The notes: generated from the letters alone by a model not told the origin. A stretch of DNA of 64,000 nucleotides from Vulcanimicrobiota bacterium (GCA_963777315.1 CAVZQC010000002.1:768001-832000), one strand, 5' to 3'; positions 37,328 to 46,697 are shown, counted from the stretch's first letter. Program-made: numbers and translations.

Positions 37328-38304
37328 CGCGTTCCCTTTGCCGCGAATTTTGCGATCGCGTTAATGTTGCTCGCGTCGATGAACGCGGGACCCGTGAGCA
37401 TTGCCTGCCCGCCGCCGAGCACGTCGCCGTTCGTAATGTTCAGCCATAAAACGTCGACGGCCTCGTATCCTTGAGCGTACGGCTGTTGATCGATCGCCCA
37501 GAGAACGCTGCGGTTTTGGATCGCTCCGACAAGCTGCTTATTGGTGTCGAACGTTACCACTTTTGCGTTGCTCCGTGCCGCCTGCACCGCGGTCACCGCC
37601 GTGAGCGCAATCGGCGCACCCAGTGTAACGACGTAGTCTATGCCGGGATCCTGCTGCAGCTTTGCGGTTAGCGTCGAGCGTACCGACGGCATGTCGGCGC
37701 CGTTGACGTAGATCTTCTCGCTGCGCGCGCTTGTCAGACCCTGCTGCAAGCCGGTGCAGCGCGCTTCCAGCTGCACTTCGCCCTGCGACTGTATCACGCA
37801 TAAAACGTGCTTTGCACCCTGGCGGCTCAAGCGCTGTCCGGCCGCACGCCCCGCAAGGGTCTCGTCCTGGCCGACGTACATCGGAATGCCCAGGCGTTTC
37901 CATGCATCGAAGCCCGCATTGAATGCAATAACCGGAATGCCCATTTGCTGAGCCTTGCGCACTTCGCCCGCGAGCGCATCCGGCGTGGGAAGCGTCACGG
38001 CGATGCCGTCGACGCGCTGATCGATCGCGTTTTGGATGAGAACGGCTTGGGCGTTCGCGTTCTGGTCGTTGGAGTAAATCAGGTCGACGTTGTCTTTTGC
38101 GGACGCGGCTTCCGCGCCCTTACGGACGATGTCCCAAAAGGTATCGCCGGGAGCCTGATGGGTGATCATAGCGATCCGCAAACGCGGCAATCGTACCGCG
38201 GCGCCGGAGGCCGAACGTGCCCCCCCGGTGCTGCTGCAGCCGGCAAGCAGCGCCAGCGCACTGAGGATAACCGCGACAGATGTAGCCGTTTTATGCAGCA
38301 GCAT
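37324..38304 (-). CDS. Sugar (inositol-type) ABC substrate-binding lipoprotein
   Basis: LAGC lipobox; ITHQAPGDTFWDIVRKGAE, GQDE, IDQQPYAQGY. Confidence 0.9.
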   Translation of the reverse strand: MLLHKTATSVAVILSALALLAGCSSTGGARSASGAAVRLPRLRIAMITHQAPGDTFWDIVRKGAEAASAKDNVDLIYSNDQNANAQAVLIQNAIDQRVDGIAVTLPTPDALAGEVRKAQQMGIPVIAFNAGFDAWKRLGIPMYVGQDETLAGRAAGQRLSRQGAKHVLCVIQSQGEVQLEARCTGLQQGLTSARSEKIYVNGADMPSVRSTLTAKLQQDPGIDYVVTLGAPIALTAVTAVQAARSNAKVVTFDTNKQLVGAIQNRSVLWAIDQQPYAQGYEAVDVLWLNITNGDVLGGGQAMLTGPAFIDASNINAIAKFAAKGTR

Positions 38305-38336
38305 GACGGATGCCCCTTGCCGGCTGTGGTGATACC

Positions 38337-38430
38337 TTGCAATATAGTCAACATTATTGCAAAACCCTCCCAAGGTGGTTCGACCCATACGGCACCGTGC
38401 TTGACCATAGTGCAATAAGATTGATATAAC
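38337..38430. promoter_or_regulatory. Divergent promoter/operator region between the ABC SBP gene and iclR
   Basis: ttgca-atatag-tcaa-cattat-tgcaa (38337-38362) and ttga-ccatag-tgca-ataaga-ttga (38401-38424). TTGACC-N18-TATAAC overlaps the second site; AGGAG SD before iclR. Confidence 0.7.
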
Positions 38431-38440
38431 TTCAGGAGTC

Positions 38441-39223
38441 ATGGCAGCAACGGTGATCAACTCGCTTTCGAGAGGCGTTCGCATCTTGCGCCTGCTCGCC
38501 ACCAGGGGCAGCGGCGTGGGGGTAACCGAGGTCGCCGACCACTTGGACGTCGACCCGAGCACGGCATACCGGCTGCTCAGCACGCTCGAACTGCACGGCC
38601 TGGTGAATCAAGACGCCGACAGCAAGAGATACGCGATCGGCTACGGCGTGCTCGAGATCGCCTCCGGCTTGCTGCGCCGGCTCAGCGTGGTCGAGATTTC
38701 TCAGCCCTACTTGCGCACGCTCACGGCGCGCACCGGGGAAAACACGCACGTCGCGGTTCGCGATCGCCGCCATGCGGTCTCCGTCGGAGCAGAGTCCGCG
38801 ACCGGTATTTTACGCGTCGAAACGATGCTCGGCTCCGCCGAACCCTTGCATTGCACGGCCGTCGGCAAAGCGCTCATTTCGGATTTCACGCGCGCGCAGC
38901 TCATCGAACTCTTTGAAGGTGAGACGTTCGAGCGGCATACGCCGCATACCATAACGAGCATCGACGAGCTCGATTTCGATTTGTCGCGCGTACGGCGCGC
39001 AGGATATGCGATCGACGACGAGGAGCTGCATCCGGGTGTGCGCTGCATCGCCGCACCCGTGCGCGATCACGGCGGCAACATCATCGCCGCATTCGGACTC
39101 TCGTCGCCGGCAGTTCGTCTGACGCGAGAACGGGTTCCGGAGTTGGCGCAAGACGTTCTCGAGTCGGCGCAGGCCATTTCGCAGCAACTGGGATACGCCC
39201 CCGCTGCGGCAGGCGCTTCTTAA
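38441..39223 (+). CDS. IclR family transcriptional regulator
   Basis: SLSRGVRIL HTH, STAYRLL.TL, TGE, PLHCTAVGKAL, GYAIDDEE..GVRCIAAP. Confidence 0.93.
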   Translation: MAATVINSLSRGVRILRLLATRGSGVGVTEVADHLDVDPSTAYRLLSTLELHGLVNQDADSKRYAIGYGVLEIASGLLRRLSVVEISQPYLRTLTARTGENTHVAVRDRRHAVSVGAESATGILRVETMLGSAEPLHCTAVGKALISDFTRAQLIELFEGETFERHTPHTITSIDELDFDLSRVRRAGYAIDDEELHPGVRCIAAPVRDHGGNIIAAFGLSSPAVRLTRERVPELAQDVLESAQAISQQLGYAPAAAGAS

Positions 39224-39235
39224 GAGGAGCACGAT

Positions 39236-41044
39236 ATGCGCATGACGGGCGGTCAGATCGTGGCCGAGTACTTGGTACGCGAAGGCGTGCCTATGCTGTT
39301 CGGCGTGCCGGGTCACGGCATAACGGCGCTGCTCGATGCGTTCGTCGATCGCCGGGACGAAATTGCGGTGATTCAGGCGATTCACGAGCAGGGCGCCGCG
39401 CACATGGCGGATGCGTATTATCGCGTCGCAGGCAAGCCGTGCGGCGTCTTTACCTCGATCGGCCCCGGAGCCGTCAACACCGCGATGGGTGTCGCCTGCG
39501 CGTACATCGACTCCATTCCGCTTCTGCTGCTGACGGGGTCCGTGCACACCTACATGCGCGGCCGGGGCGTGCTGCAGGAACTCGAGCGCACGCACTGGGC
39601 GAACTTTCCGCGCATGATGGAGCCGGTCGTGAAACGCTGGTGGCAGCCTAGCCGCGTCGACCAGCTTCCCAACGTCCTGCATCTGGCATTCAACGTGATG
39701 CTCGAAGGGCGGCGCGGACCGGCGCACATCGACATTCCGATGGACGTGCAAGCCGAGTTCGCGGAGATTGACGAGTTTCCCAATCCGGTGACGCGCCGTC
39801 CGCGCGGGCGCGCGCACGGCGATCCCGACATGGTTGACAAAGCGGCAAAATTGCTGCTGGGCGCGGAGCGTCCGCTGATCGTCGCGGGCGGCGGCATCGT
39901 AGCCTCGGGCGCGGAAGAGCAGCTGCGCGAGATTGCGGAGTTTCTCGGCGCGCCGGTCACCGTCACCTGGATGGGCAAGGGCGCGATCCCTGAAGACCAC
40001 GAGCTCTACGCGTGGCCGTGCGGCGACCTCGGTTCCATATCGGGCAATACGCTCGCGCGTGAAGCCGACGTGCTTTTGGCCGTGGGATGCCGCTTTACCG
40101 ATCGCACCGCATCGTCATTCCGGCGCGGTGTGACGTTCTCGATTCCGCCGACCAAGCTCGTGCAGATCGATATGGACCCGTACGAGATCGGCAAGAACTA
40201 CCCGGTCGAAGCGGGCATCGTCGGCGACGCGCGCGCTACGCTCTCCGATCTGCTGCTTACGCTGCGAGAGCTCGCGCGCCAGCGCGACTACCGCGCGTCT
40301 GCGTATTTCGAGCGCGTTCAAGACCTGAAAGCTCAATGGCAGCAGGCGCTGCGTGGACCGCGAGAGAGCGATGCCGCGCCGATGACGATTTCGCGGGCGC
40401 TGGTGGAGGCGCGAAAGGTTCTCGAGCGCGACGGCATCATCGTAACCGGCGCGGGGAATCCCCAAAGTCAAGCGTTCACCGAGTTTCCGGTCTACGGCAG
40501 CCGCCAGCACATCACCGCCGGCGGTTTCTCCGCCATGGGTTTCGAAGTGCCGGCCGCCATCGGCGCCAAGCTGGCCGCGCCCGACAAGCAAGTCATGGCG
40601 ATTGTCGGCGACGGAAGTTTTCTGCAGACGGTTCAAGAGCTTGCGATGGCGGCGCAATACGATATTCCGGTCGTGTTCCTAGTCATGAACAACTACGGCT
40701 GGGAGTGCATCAAAAATCTGCAGTCGCTGCAGTTCGGCCCCGACCGCGTCATTGCGACGAACTTCAAAAAGCGCGACGGCACGCCGTTCTCGGCCGATCT
40801 TGCGCGCGTTTCGGAAGGTTTTGGCTGCCATGCGGAACGCGTGGAGCATCCGGCGGAGCTCGGGCCGGCGCTCAAGCGCGCGTTCGCGTGCGGCCGTCCC
40901 GCCGTGGTTGAAGCGCTCTGCAGCAGACAACTTCCCGATAGCGGTTTGACGGCGACGGGATGGTGGGACGTAACGGTTCCCGCCTATCACGAAGAGCAGC
41001 GCCGTAAATACGAGGAGGCGCGCTCACAGGAGACGCTGACTTAA
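39236..41044 (+). CDS. iolD: ThDP-dependent 3D-(3,5/4)-trihydroxycyclohexane-1,2-dione acylhydrolase (ring-opening), divergent/ALS-like
   Basis: FGVPGHG, HEQ, TSIGPG, GDGSF...NN ThDP motif, C-terminal WWDV motif typical of IolD; iol gene context. Confidence 0.8.
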   Translation: MRMTGGQIVAEYLVREGVPMLFGVPGHGITALLDAFVDRRDEIAVIQAIHEQGAAHMADAYYRVAGKPCGVFTSIGPGAVNTAMGVACAYIDSIPLLLLTGSVHTYMRGRGVLQELERTHWANFPRMMEPVVKRWWQPSRVDQLPNVLHLAFNVMLEGRRGPAHIDIPMDVQAEFAEIDEFPNPVTRRPRGRAHGDPDMVDKAAKLLLGAERPLIVAGGGIVASGAEEQLREIAEFLGAPVTVTWMGKGAIPEDHELYAWPCGDLGSISGNTLAREADVLLAVGCRFTDRTASSFRRGVTFSIPPTKLVQIDMDPYEIGKNYPVEAGIVGDARATLSDLLLTLRELARQRDYRASAYFERVQDLKAQWQQALRGPRESDAAPMTISRALVEARKVLERDGIIVTGAGNPQSQAFTEFPVYGSRQHITAGGFSAMGFEVPAAIGAKLAAPDKQVMAIVGDGSFLQTVQELAMAAQYDIPVVFLVMNNYGWECIKNLQSLQFGPDRVIATNFKKRDGTPFSADLARVSEGFGCHAERVEHPAELGPALKRAFACGRPAVVEALCSRQLPDSGLTATGWWDVTVPAYHEEQRRKYEEARSQETLT

Positions 41045-41045
41045 C

Positions 41046-42053
41046 ATGTCCGGCGCGCGGCCGGGAATTGCCGTGCTTGGAGCCGGCCGCATGGGGTCGG
41101 TGCACGCGCGCAATATTGCCGCATCGAACGCCCTTCTCGCCGGAATCGCCGACGTCGATGACGCGGCGGCAACGCGCCTGGCAGAATCGCTCGACACGCA
41201 CACGGGTTCCATCGAAGACTTCTTGCGCGATCCGCGCGTGAACGCCGTCGTGATCACGACGCCGAGTGGGACTCACGCGCAGCTGATCGAGCGATGCGCG
41301 CAGGCCGGCAAGCACATTTTTTGCGAGAAACCGATCTCGCTCGACGTGAGCACCACCGTCGGCGCAACCGATGCGTGCAAACGCGCGGGCATTGTGCTGC
41401 AAATCGGCTTCCAGCGCCGCTTCGATCGGCATTTCGTTCAAGCGCATGAGGCGATCGCTCGAGGCGAAGTCGGCGAGATGCGATTCCTGCGTCTGGTGAG
41501 CCGGGACCGCGCGCTGCCGCCCATTTCGTACATTCCGACGAGCGGCGGACAGTTCCGCGATCAGATGGTGCACGACTTCGATGCGGCGCGCTGGCTGCTT
41601 GCGCCGGCGCACGTTGAAGACGTCACCGCAACGGGAACCGCCGCGAACGGCGCGATCGCCCAGGCGGGCGACGTGGACACCTCCGTCGCCGTGCTGCGCT
41701 TCTCGAACGGCGCCGTTGCCGTCCTCGACGTTACGCGGGAAGCGGCGTACGGCTACGACGTGCGCATCGAAGTGCTCGGCTCCCGCGGCATGCTGCTTGC
41801 GGGCGCCGACGGCATGCCGCAGGGGCATGTACTGGATGCTTCGTTTGCGGCTCCGCTTACCGACTCGTTCATCACCCGGTTCGCCGATGCGTACCGCGAG
41901 GAGATCCGCGAATTCGTCAGCGTGCTGGAGAACGGCGGAGACGTTCGAGCGGGTGGCGACGATGCGCTTCAGGCGTTGCGCCTAGCGATCGCTGCCGATC
42001 GTTCGCGCGAAGACGGCCGCACCGTCAGGCTCGCCGATGTTGAAGGCGGGTAG
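41046..42053 (+). CDS. iolG: Inositol 2-dehydrogenase (Gfo/Idh/MocA)
   Basis: GAGRMG, CEKP, GFQRRFD, SRD, SGG.F.D...HDFD, YGYDVRIEV, F..RF..AY. Confidence 0.88.
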   Translation: MSGARPGIAVLGAGRMGSVHARNIAASNALLAGIADVDDAAATRLAESLDTHTGSIEDFLRDPRVNAVVITTPSGTHAQLIERCAQAGKHIFCEKPISLDVSTTVGATDACKRAGIVLQIGFQRRFDRHFVQAHEAIARGEVGEMRFLRLVSRDRALPPISYIPTSGGQFRDQMVHDFDAARWLLAPAHVEDVTATGTAANGAIAQAGDVDTSVAVLRFSNGAVAVLDVTREAAYGYDVRIEVLGSRGMLLAGADGMPQGHVLDASFAAPLTDSFITRFADAYREEIREFVSVLENGGDVRAGGDDALQALRLAIAADRSREDGRTVRLADVEGG

Positions 42054-42855
42054 CGTGCTTCTCGTTCACCCGCAATACGGCCGGCATGAGATCATTTCGA
42101 TCGCACCGGACGCAAAGGGCTGGAACTACGTGCACTTCAGCGCCCTGCGTCTTGCGTTGGGAGCATTGCATGCCGGCAATACCGGGGGCAACGAGGTGCT
42201 GATCGTCCTTATCGGCGGAACGGCAAAAATTCAATGCGGCGATGCATGTTGGGACAGGGTCGGGAGCCGCGTGACCCCCTTCGCGGGGCCGCCGGAGGCA
42301 GTCTATCTGCCGGCGCAATCCGATTACGAAATTCAGGCCATGACCGATTGCGAAGTCGCCGTCTGCGGTGCCGTTGCTCGAGGCGCTGCGCGAAGCGCGC
42401 GGTTCATCAAATTGAGTCAAGGTGATGCGCGAGGCCGCGGCACCGGAAACGCCCAGCGAACGATTTACAACATCCTCATGGGCGAGGATGAAGCCTCCAC
42501 GCTGTTCGTCACCGAAGTCCTCACGCCACCCGGAAACTGGTCGAGTTATCCTCCGCACAAACACGATACGGACAATCCGCCCACCGAGTCCGCCCTGGAA
42601 GAACTGTATTATTATCGCGCGATGCCGGCCCCCGGTTTCGCGTTCCAGCGGATCTACACCAAAGACGGCGAGCTGGATGAAACGGTTACCGCACACGATC
42701 GGGACGTCGTGCTGGTGCCGCGCGGTTACCATGTTTGCGCTGCGGCTGCGGAATACGCAATCTACTATCTCAACGTCCTGGCCGGACCGAAACACGTGTA
42801 TCACATGACCTTCGATCCGGATCATGAGTGGATACGCAAAGGCTGGACGTGGTGA
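42037..42855 (+). CDS. iolB: 5-deoxy-glucuronate isomerase
   Basis: EV.TP.GNWSSYPPHKHD, LEE.YYY, GFAFQRIY, VPRGYH, YYLNVLAGP. Start may instead be GTG 42055. Confidence 0.93.
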   Translation: MLKAGSVLLVHPQYGRHEIISIAPDAKGWNYVHFSALRLALGALHAGNTGGNEVLIVLIGGTAKIQCGDACWDRVGSRVTPFAGPPEAVYLPAQSDYEIQAMTDCEVAVCGAVARGAARSARFIKLSQGDARGRGTGNAQRTIYNILMGEDEASTLFVTEVLTPPGNWSSYPPHKHDTDNPPTESALEELYYYRAMPAPGFAFQRIYTKDGELDETVTAHDRDVVLVPRGYHVCAAAAEYAIYYLNVLAGPKHVYHMTFDPDHEWIRKGWTW

Positions 42856-43730
42856 GCGCGATGCACGTCGGAACTGCGTCCGTGAACTGGGGCTTCGATC
42901 CGTTCTACACCTGGGCTACGACACCGCCGTTCGGCCGGATGCTCGACGAGATGGCGCTCGCGGGCTACGAGGGAACGGAGATCAGCTATAACTTCCCCGA
43001 CGACAGCGCGCTTCTGCGCGAAGAGCTGCAGCGTAGGAACCTGCGTCCGGCGGGAACTTTTCATGCCGTAAACCTGCGCGATCGCGCGAATCACGACGCA
43101 GCGCTCGAGAGTTCGCTGCGCGTCGGGCGGCGCTTGCGAGATCTCGGATCGGACGTTCTAATCCTCTCGGATTATGCTACGCCGCAACGCATGCAAATCG
43201 GGGGCCGCGTAACGCCGGACGACATGCTGGACAGGGCGGTGTGGCCGGTCATGGCGGAAGGTCTGCACCGTATCGCCCAAGCGCTGCGCGCATTAGGAAT
43301 TCGCGCGGTGTTTCACCCGCACGTCGGCACGTACGTCGAAACGCTTGCGGAGATCGAGCGGCTGTGTGAAGTCACCGATCCGGCGCTCATTGCGCTGTGC
43401 CCGGACACCGGCCACTTGGCGTACGCGGGCGCGGATCCGAATCGGATATTCACCGACTATCGCGATCGCATCGGCTACGTGCATTTGAAAGACGTCGATC
43501 CGGCAACGCTCCAACGCGTGCGCAGCGAGCGAATCGGTTTTACGGAGGCCGTCAGAATGGGCATGTTCGTCGAACTTGGCACGGGGATGGTGGATGCCGC
43601 GCGAATCATCAAATCGCTGCGGGAAGCAAGGTACAGCGGGTGGATCGTCGTCGAACAAGACGCGCCGCGCGAACCGCTCGCATCGGCGACGGCGAACCGG
43701 CGCTATTTGCGCGAGCGGTGTGCGATATGA
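42852..43730 (+). CDS. iolE: Myo-inosose-2 dehydratase-like TIM barrel (sugar phosphate isomerase/epimerase family)
   Basis: GYEGTE, FHPHVGTYVET, DTGH, VHLKD, GWIVVEQD; GTGA overlap with iolB. Confidence 0.8.
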   Translation: MSAMHVGTASVNWGFDPFYTWATTPPFGRMLDEMALAGYEGTEISYNFPDDSALLREELQRRNLRPAGTFHAVNLRDRANHDAALESSLRVGRRLRDLGSDVLILSDYATPQRMQIGGRVTPDDMLDRAVWPVMAEGLHRIAQALRALGIRAVFHPHVGTYVETLAEIERLCEVTDPALIALCPDTGHLAYAGADPNRIFTDYRDRIGYVHLKDVDPATLQRVRSERIGFTEAVRMGMFVELGTGMVDAARIIKSLREARYSGWIVVEQDAPREPLASATANRRYLRERCAI

Positions 43731-44563
43731 ACGCCGATCGAATCCCGGCGATCGCGAATGAACTGCGGCGCCGCGTTCTGAGCGCCGTCCAGCACGCCGG
43801 CGCCGGACATATCGGCGGCGTTCTCTCGGCAGCGGAGATGCTGGCAGCGCTTTACTTTCACGTGCTGCGCATCGATCCGGCGCGCCCGGACTGGCCGGAT
43901 CGCGATCGCTTCATTCTTTCTAAGGGCCATTGCGCGATCGGACTGTACGCGGTACTCGCGTTGCGCGGATATTTCGACATCGAAGAACTCGACCGGTTCG
44001 ACGCGATCGATTCACCGCTGCAAGGCCATCCCGACATGACGAAGGCGCCCGGGCTCGACATGTCGACCGGTTCACTCGGGCAGGGACTCTCGCCGGGCCT
44101 GGGCATGGCGCTCGCCGCACGGAAGTTGGGCCGCGCGTTTCGTACCTGGGTCATGCTCGGCGACGGCGAGATCCAGGAAGGGCAGATTTGGGAGGCGGCT
44201 TTCTGCGCTTCGCGTTATCAAGCCGACACTTTGACCGCGATTTTGGATTGGAATCATCTGCAGCAGTTCGGCTGGGCAACCGCGGACGGCTACGCCTCCA
44301 TCGCGCGGCGCGACCCGACCGACGATCCGCGCGCAAAGTGGGAAGCGTTCGGCTGGAACGTGCTCGAATGCGACGGCCACGATGCGTCCGCTTTTATTGA
44401 CGCCTGCGACGCGGCGTCGGCAACTCGCGGAAAACCGTCGATCATCATCGCGCACACGATCAAGGGCAAGGGCGTATCGTTTATGGAGAACGACTACACA
44501 TGGCATTCGCGCCCCCTATCCGACGCCGACGTTGCGCGCGCGTTTGCGGAGCTGCGAGGCTGA
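43727..44563 (+). CDS. Transketolase, N-terminal (ThDP-binding) subunit
   Basis: GHIGG, DRDRFILSKGH, LQGHP, STGSLGQG, GDGE..EG..WEA...N, T.KGKG. ATGA overlap with iolE. Confidence 0.93.
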   Translation: MNADRIPAIANELRRRVLSAVQHAGAGHIGGVLSAAEMLAALYFHVLRIDPARPDWPDRDRFILSKGHCAIGLYAVLALRGYFDIEELDRFDAIDSPLQGHPDMTKAPGLDMSTGSLGQGLSPGLGMALAARKLGRAFRTWVMLGDGEIQEGQIWEAAFCASRYQADTLTAILDWNHLQQFGWATADGYASIARRDPTDDPRAKWEAFGWNVLECDGHDASAFIDACDAASATRGKPSIIIAHTIKGKGVSFMENDYTWHSRPLSDADVARAFAELRG

Positions 44564-44564
44564 T

Positions 44565-45494
44565 ATGACGGCTCAGCGCGACGTCTTCGGCGAAACGCTC
44601 GTAGAATTGTGCGCGTCGGATGCGCGCGTGGTGGTGCTTGACGGCGATCTTGCGAATTCCACGAAGTCGGACAAAGTTGCGGCAGCGCGGCCCGACCGAT
44701 TCTTCATGCTCGGCATCGCGGAGCAAAATCTTGCCGGCGTAGCGGCCGGAATGGCGACGGTGGGGCTCGTTCCTTGGGTCAGTTCCTTCGCGGCGTTTCT
44801 GGCGACGCGCGATCTCGATCAGATTCGCGTCGTCGTCGCGCAGCCTCGGCTGAACGTCAAGTTCGCCGCGCATTACAGCGGCATTCTGACCGGATTTACC
44901 GGCAAGACCCATCAGGTCGTGAACGATATCGCGATCATGCGCACGCTGCCGAACATGACGGTGATCGCTCCCTGCGACGGACCGGAGGCGCGCGAAGCGA
45001 TTCTCGCCGCCACGCAATTTGACGGACCGGTCTACATGCGGCTGACGCGCGATCCGGTTGCGACGGTAACGCAAGCGGGGCGCCGCTTTACCATCGGCAG
45101 CGCGGTGTTTCTGCGTGAAGGTGGCGACTTGGGACTCATTGCCACGGGCGCGCAAACCGTTCGCGCGATGGAAGCGGCAGCGTTGCTCGCGGCCGATGGC
45201 ATCGGCGCCGGCGTTCTGCACGTACCGACGATCAAGCCGCTCGACGAAGCGGCGATTCTGGATTTCGCGCGCTCGGTCTCGTGCGTCCTCACGTGCGAAG
45301 AGCATTCGATACTCGGCGGTTTGGGCGGCGCCGTTGCGGAAGTTCTCGCGGCACGTTTGCCGATGCGCGTGGAGCGCCTCGGGCTTGCGGACGTCGACGG
45401 AGAGAGCGCGCCCAACGATGCGCTGCTGGAGAAGTATGGTCTCACGCCGCAGCATATCGCAAGACGCGCGCGAGCCTTGCTGGCCGTGGCATGA
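44565..45494 (+). CDS. Transketolase, C-terminal (pyrimidine-binding + C) subunit
   Basis: DL..ST, GIAEQN, DQIR, G.THQ, GPVYMRL, IKPLD, EEH...GGLG. Confidence 0.93.
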   Translation: MTAQRDVFGETLVELCASDARVVVLDGDLANSTKSDKVAAARPDRFFMLGIAEQNLAGVAAGMATVGLVPWVSSFAAFLATRDLDQIRVVVAQPRLNVKFAAHYSGILTGFTGKTHQVVNDIAIMRTLPNMTVIAPCDGPEAREAILAATQFDGPVYMRLTRDPVATVTQAGRRFTIGSAVFLREGGDLGLIATGAQTVRAMEAAALLAADGIGAGVLHVPTIKPLDEAAILDFARSVSCVLTCEEHSILGGLGGAVAEVLAARLPMRVERLGLADVDGESAPNDALLEKYGLTPQHIARRARALLAVA

Positions 45495-46594
45495 GCGCGG
45501 CGATTGCGGTGCTGCCCGGAGACGGCATCGGCCCGGAGGTTATCGCGCAAGCCGTGCGCGTGCTGCGAAGCGTTCGTCCCGACGTCGAATGCATTGAAGC
45601 GCAAGTCGGAGGCGCCGCGCTCCGAGCCGGGCAAACGCCTCTTCCCGATGACGTTCGAGCGCTGTGCGACCGCAGCGACGCGATTCTGTTCGGTGCCGTC
45701 GGCGACGCCGAATTCGATACTGGACCGTTTGAAAGCAGGCCGGAGGCCGCGCTGTTCGCGCTGCGGCGCGATTACGGCTTGTTTGCGAATTTGCGGCCGG
45801 TGCGGGTGTATCCGGGCCTCGAGCCTGCCTCGTCACTGCACGCCACGCTCATCAAGGATTTGGATCTGATCGTGGTGCGCGAACTGACCGGCGGCATCTA
45901 TTTCGGCGCACCGAAAGAACGCGGCGTCGACGCCGGAGGCATGCGCTGGGCCGTCGACACGATGCGCTATACCGCCGGTGAAGTCGAACGCATTGCGCGC
46001 GTAGCGTTCGAACTGGCGCGGATGCGCCGCAAGCGCGTCACCTCGGTCGACAAGCATAACATTCTCGCCACGTCGCGTCTGTGGCGTGAAGTCGTCGTTG
46101 AGGTTGCGCGATCGTATCCCGACGTGCAGCTCGAGCACTTGCTCGTCGACAACGCTTCGATGCAGCTCGTGCGCCGGCCGGCCGAGTTCGACGTTATCGT
46201 GACCGAAAACATGTTCGGCGACATTCTTTCGGACGAGGCGGCGATTTTAACCGGCTCGATTGGAAATCTGCCCAGCGCGAGCCTGACTGCGGGTGAGCCC
46301 GGGCGCACCTTCGGCATGTACGAGCCGATCGGCGGAACGGCGCCGGATATCGCCGGCAAAGGCATCGCCAATCCCGCCGCAGCGATCCTTTCGGCGGCGC
46401 TGCTGCTTCGCCACAGTTTGCATGATGACGGCTCGGCCGCACGCATCGAGGGTGCGGTGGAACGCGCATTTGCAGATGGAATACGAACGGCCGATCTTAC
46501 GCGCGGCGGCGAAGACCGCGTAACGTGCGCCGCATTCGGCAACGCCGTGCTCGCGCGGTTGGAGTCACCGGCGCTCGACGGCGTTCGGGAATAA
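45491..46594 (+). CDS. leuB: 3-isopropylmalate dehydrogenase family beta-decarboxylating dehydrogenase
   Basis: LPGDGIGPEV, RPE..L..LR, ANLRP, VRELTGGIYFG, NMFGDILSDEA, EP.GG.APDIAGKGIANP. ATGA-coupled to transketolase; no leuA/C/D nearby. Confidence 0.85.
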   Translation: MSAAIAVLPGDGIGPEVIAQAVRVLRSVRPDVECIEAQVGGAALRAGQTPLPDDVRALCDRSDAILFGAVGDAEFDTGPFESRPEAALFALRRDYGLFANLRPVRVYPGLEPASSLHATLIKDLDLIVVRELTGGIYFGAPKERGVDAGGMRWAVDTMRYTAGEVERIARVAFELARMRRKRVTSVDKHNILATSRLWREVVVEVARSYPDVQLEHLLVDNASMQLVRRPAEFDVIVTENMFGDILSDEAAILTGSIGNLPSASLTAGEPGRTFGMYEPIGGTAPDIAGKGIANPAAAILSAALLLRHSLHDDGSAARIEGAVERAFADGIRTADLTRGGEDRVTCAAFGNAVLARLESPALDGVRE

Positions 46595-46629
46595 ACGCAC
46601 CAGCAGCAGCGCCCTCCGCGTGGGACCGT

Positions 46630-46679
46630 CTCTACAAAATCTGTAGAGGATCGCTTTACTCCATAAAAAACATGGAGTA
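46630..46679. promoter_or_regulatory. Two palindromes upstream of the TA operon (putative antitoxin operators)
   Basis: CTCTACA-aaatc-TGTAGAG (46630-46648) and TACTCCAT-aaaaaac-ATGGAGTA (46657-46679) in an AT-rich patch. Confidence 0.65.
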
Positions 46680-46697
46680 CACTACGGGAGAGGTACG

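Noticed and set aside
38372..38392. GGTTCGACCC resembling a tRNA T-loop
   Set aside because: No paired 5-bp T-stem, acceptor stem or anticodon arm around it.
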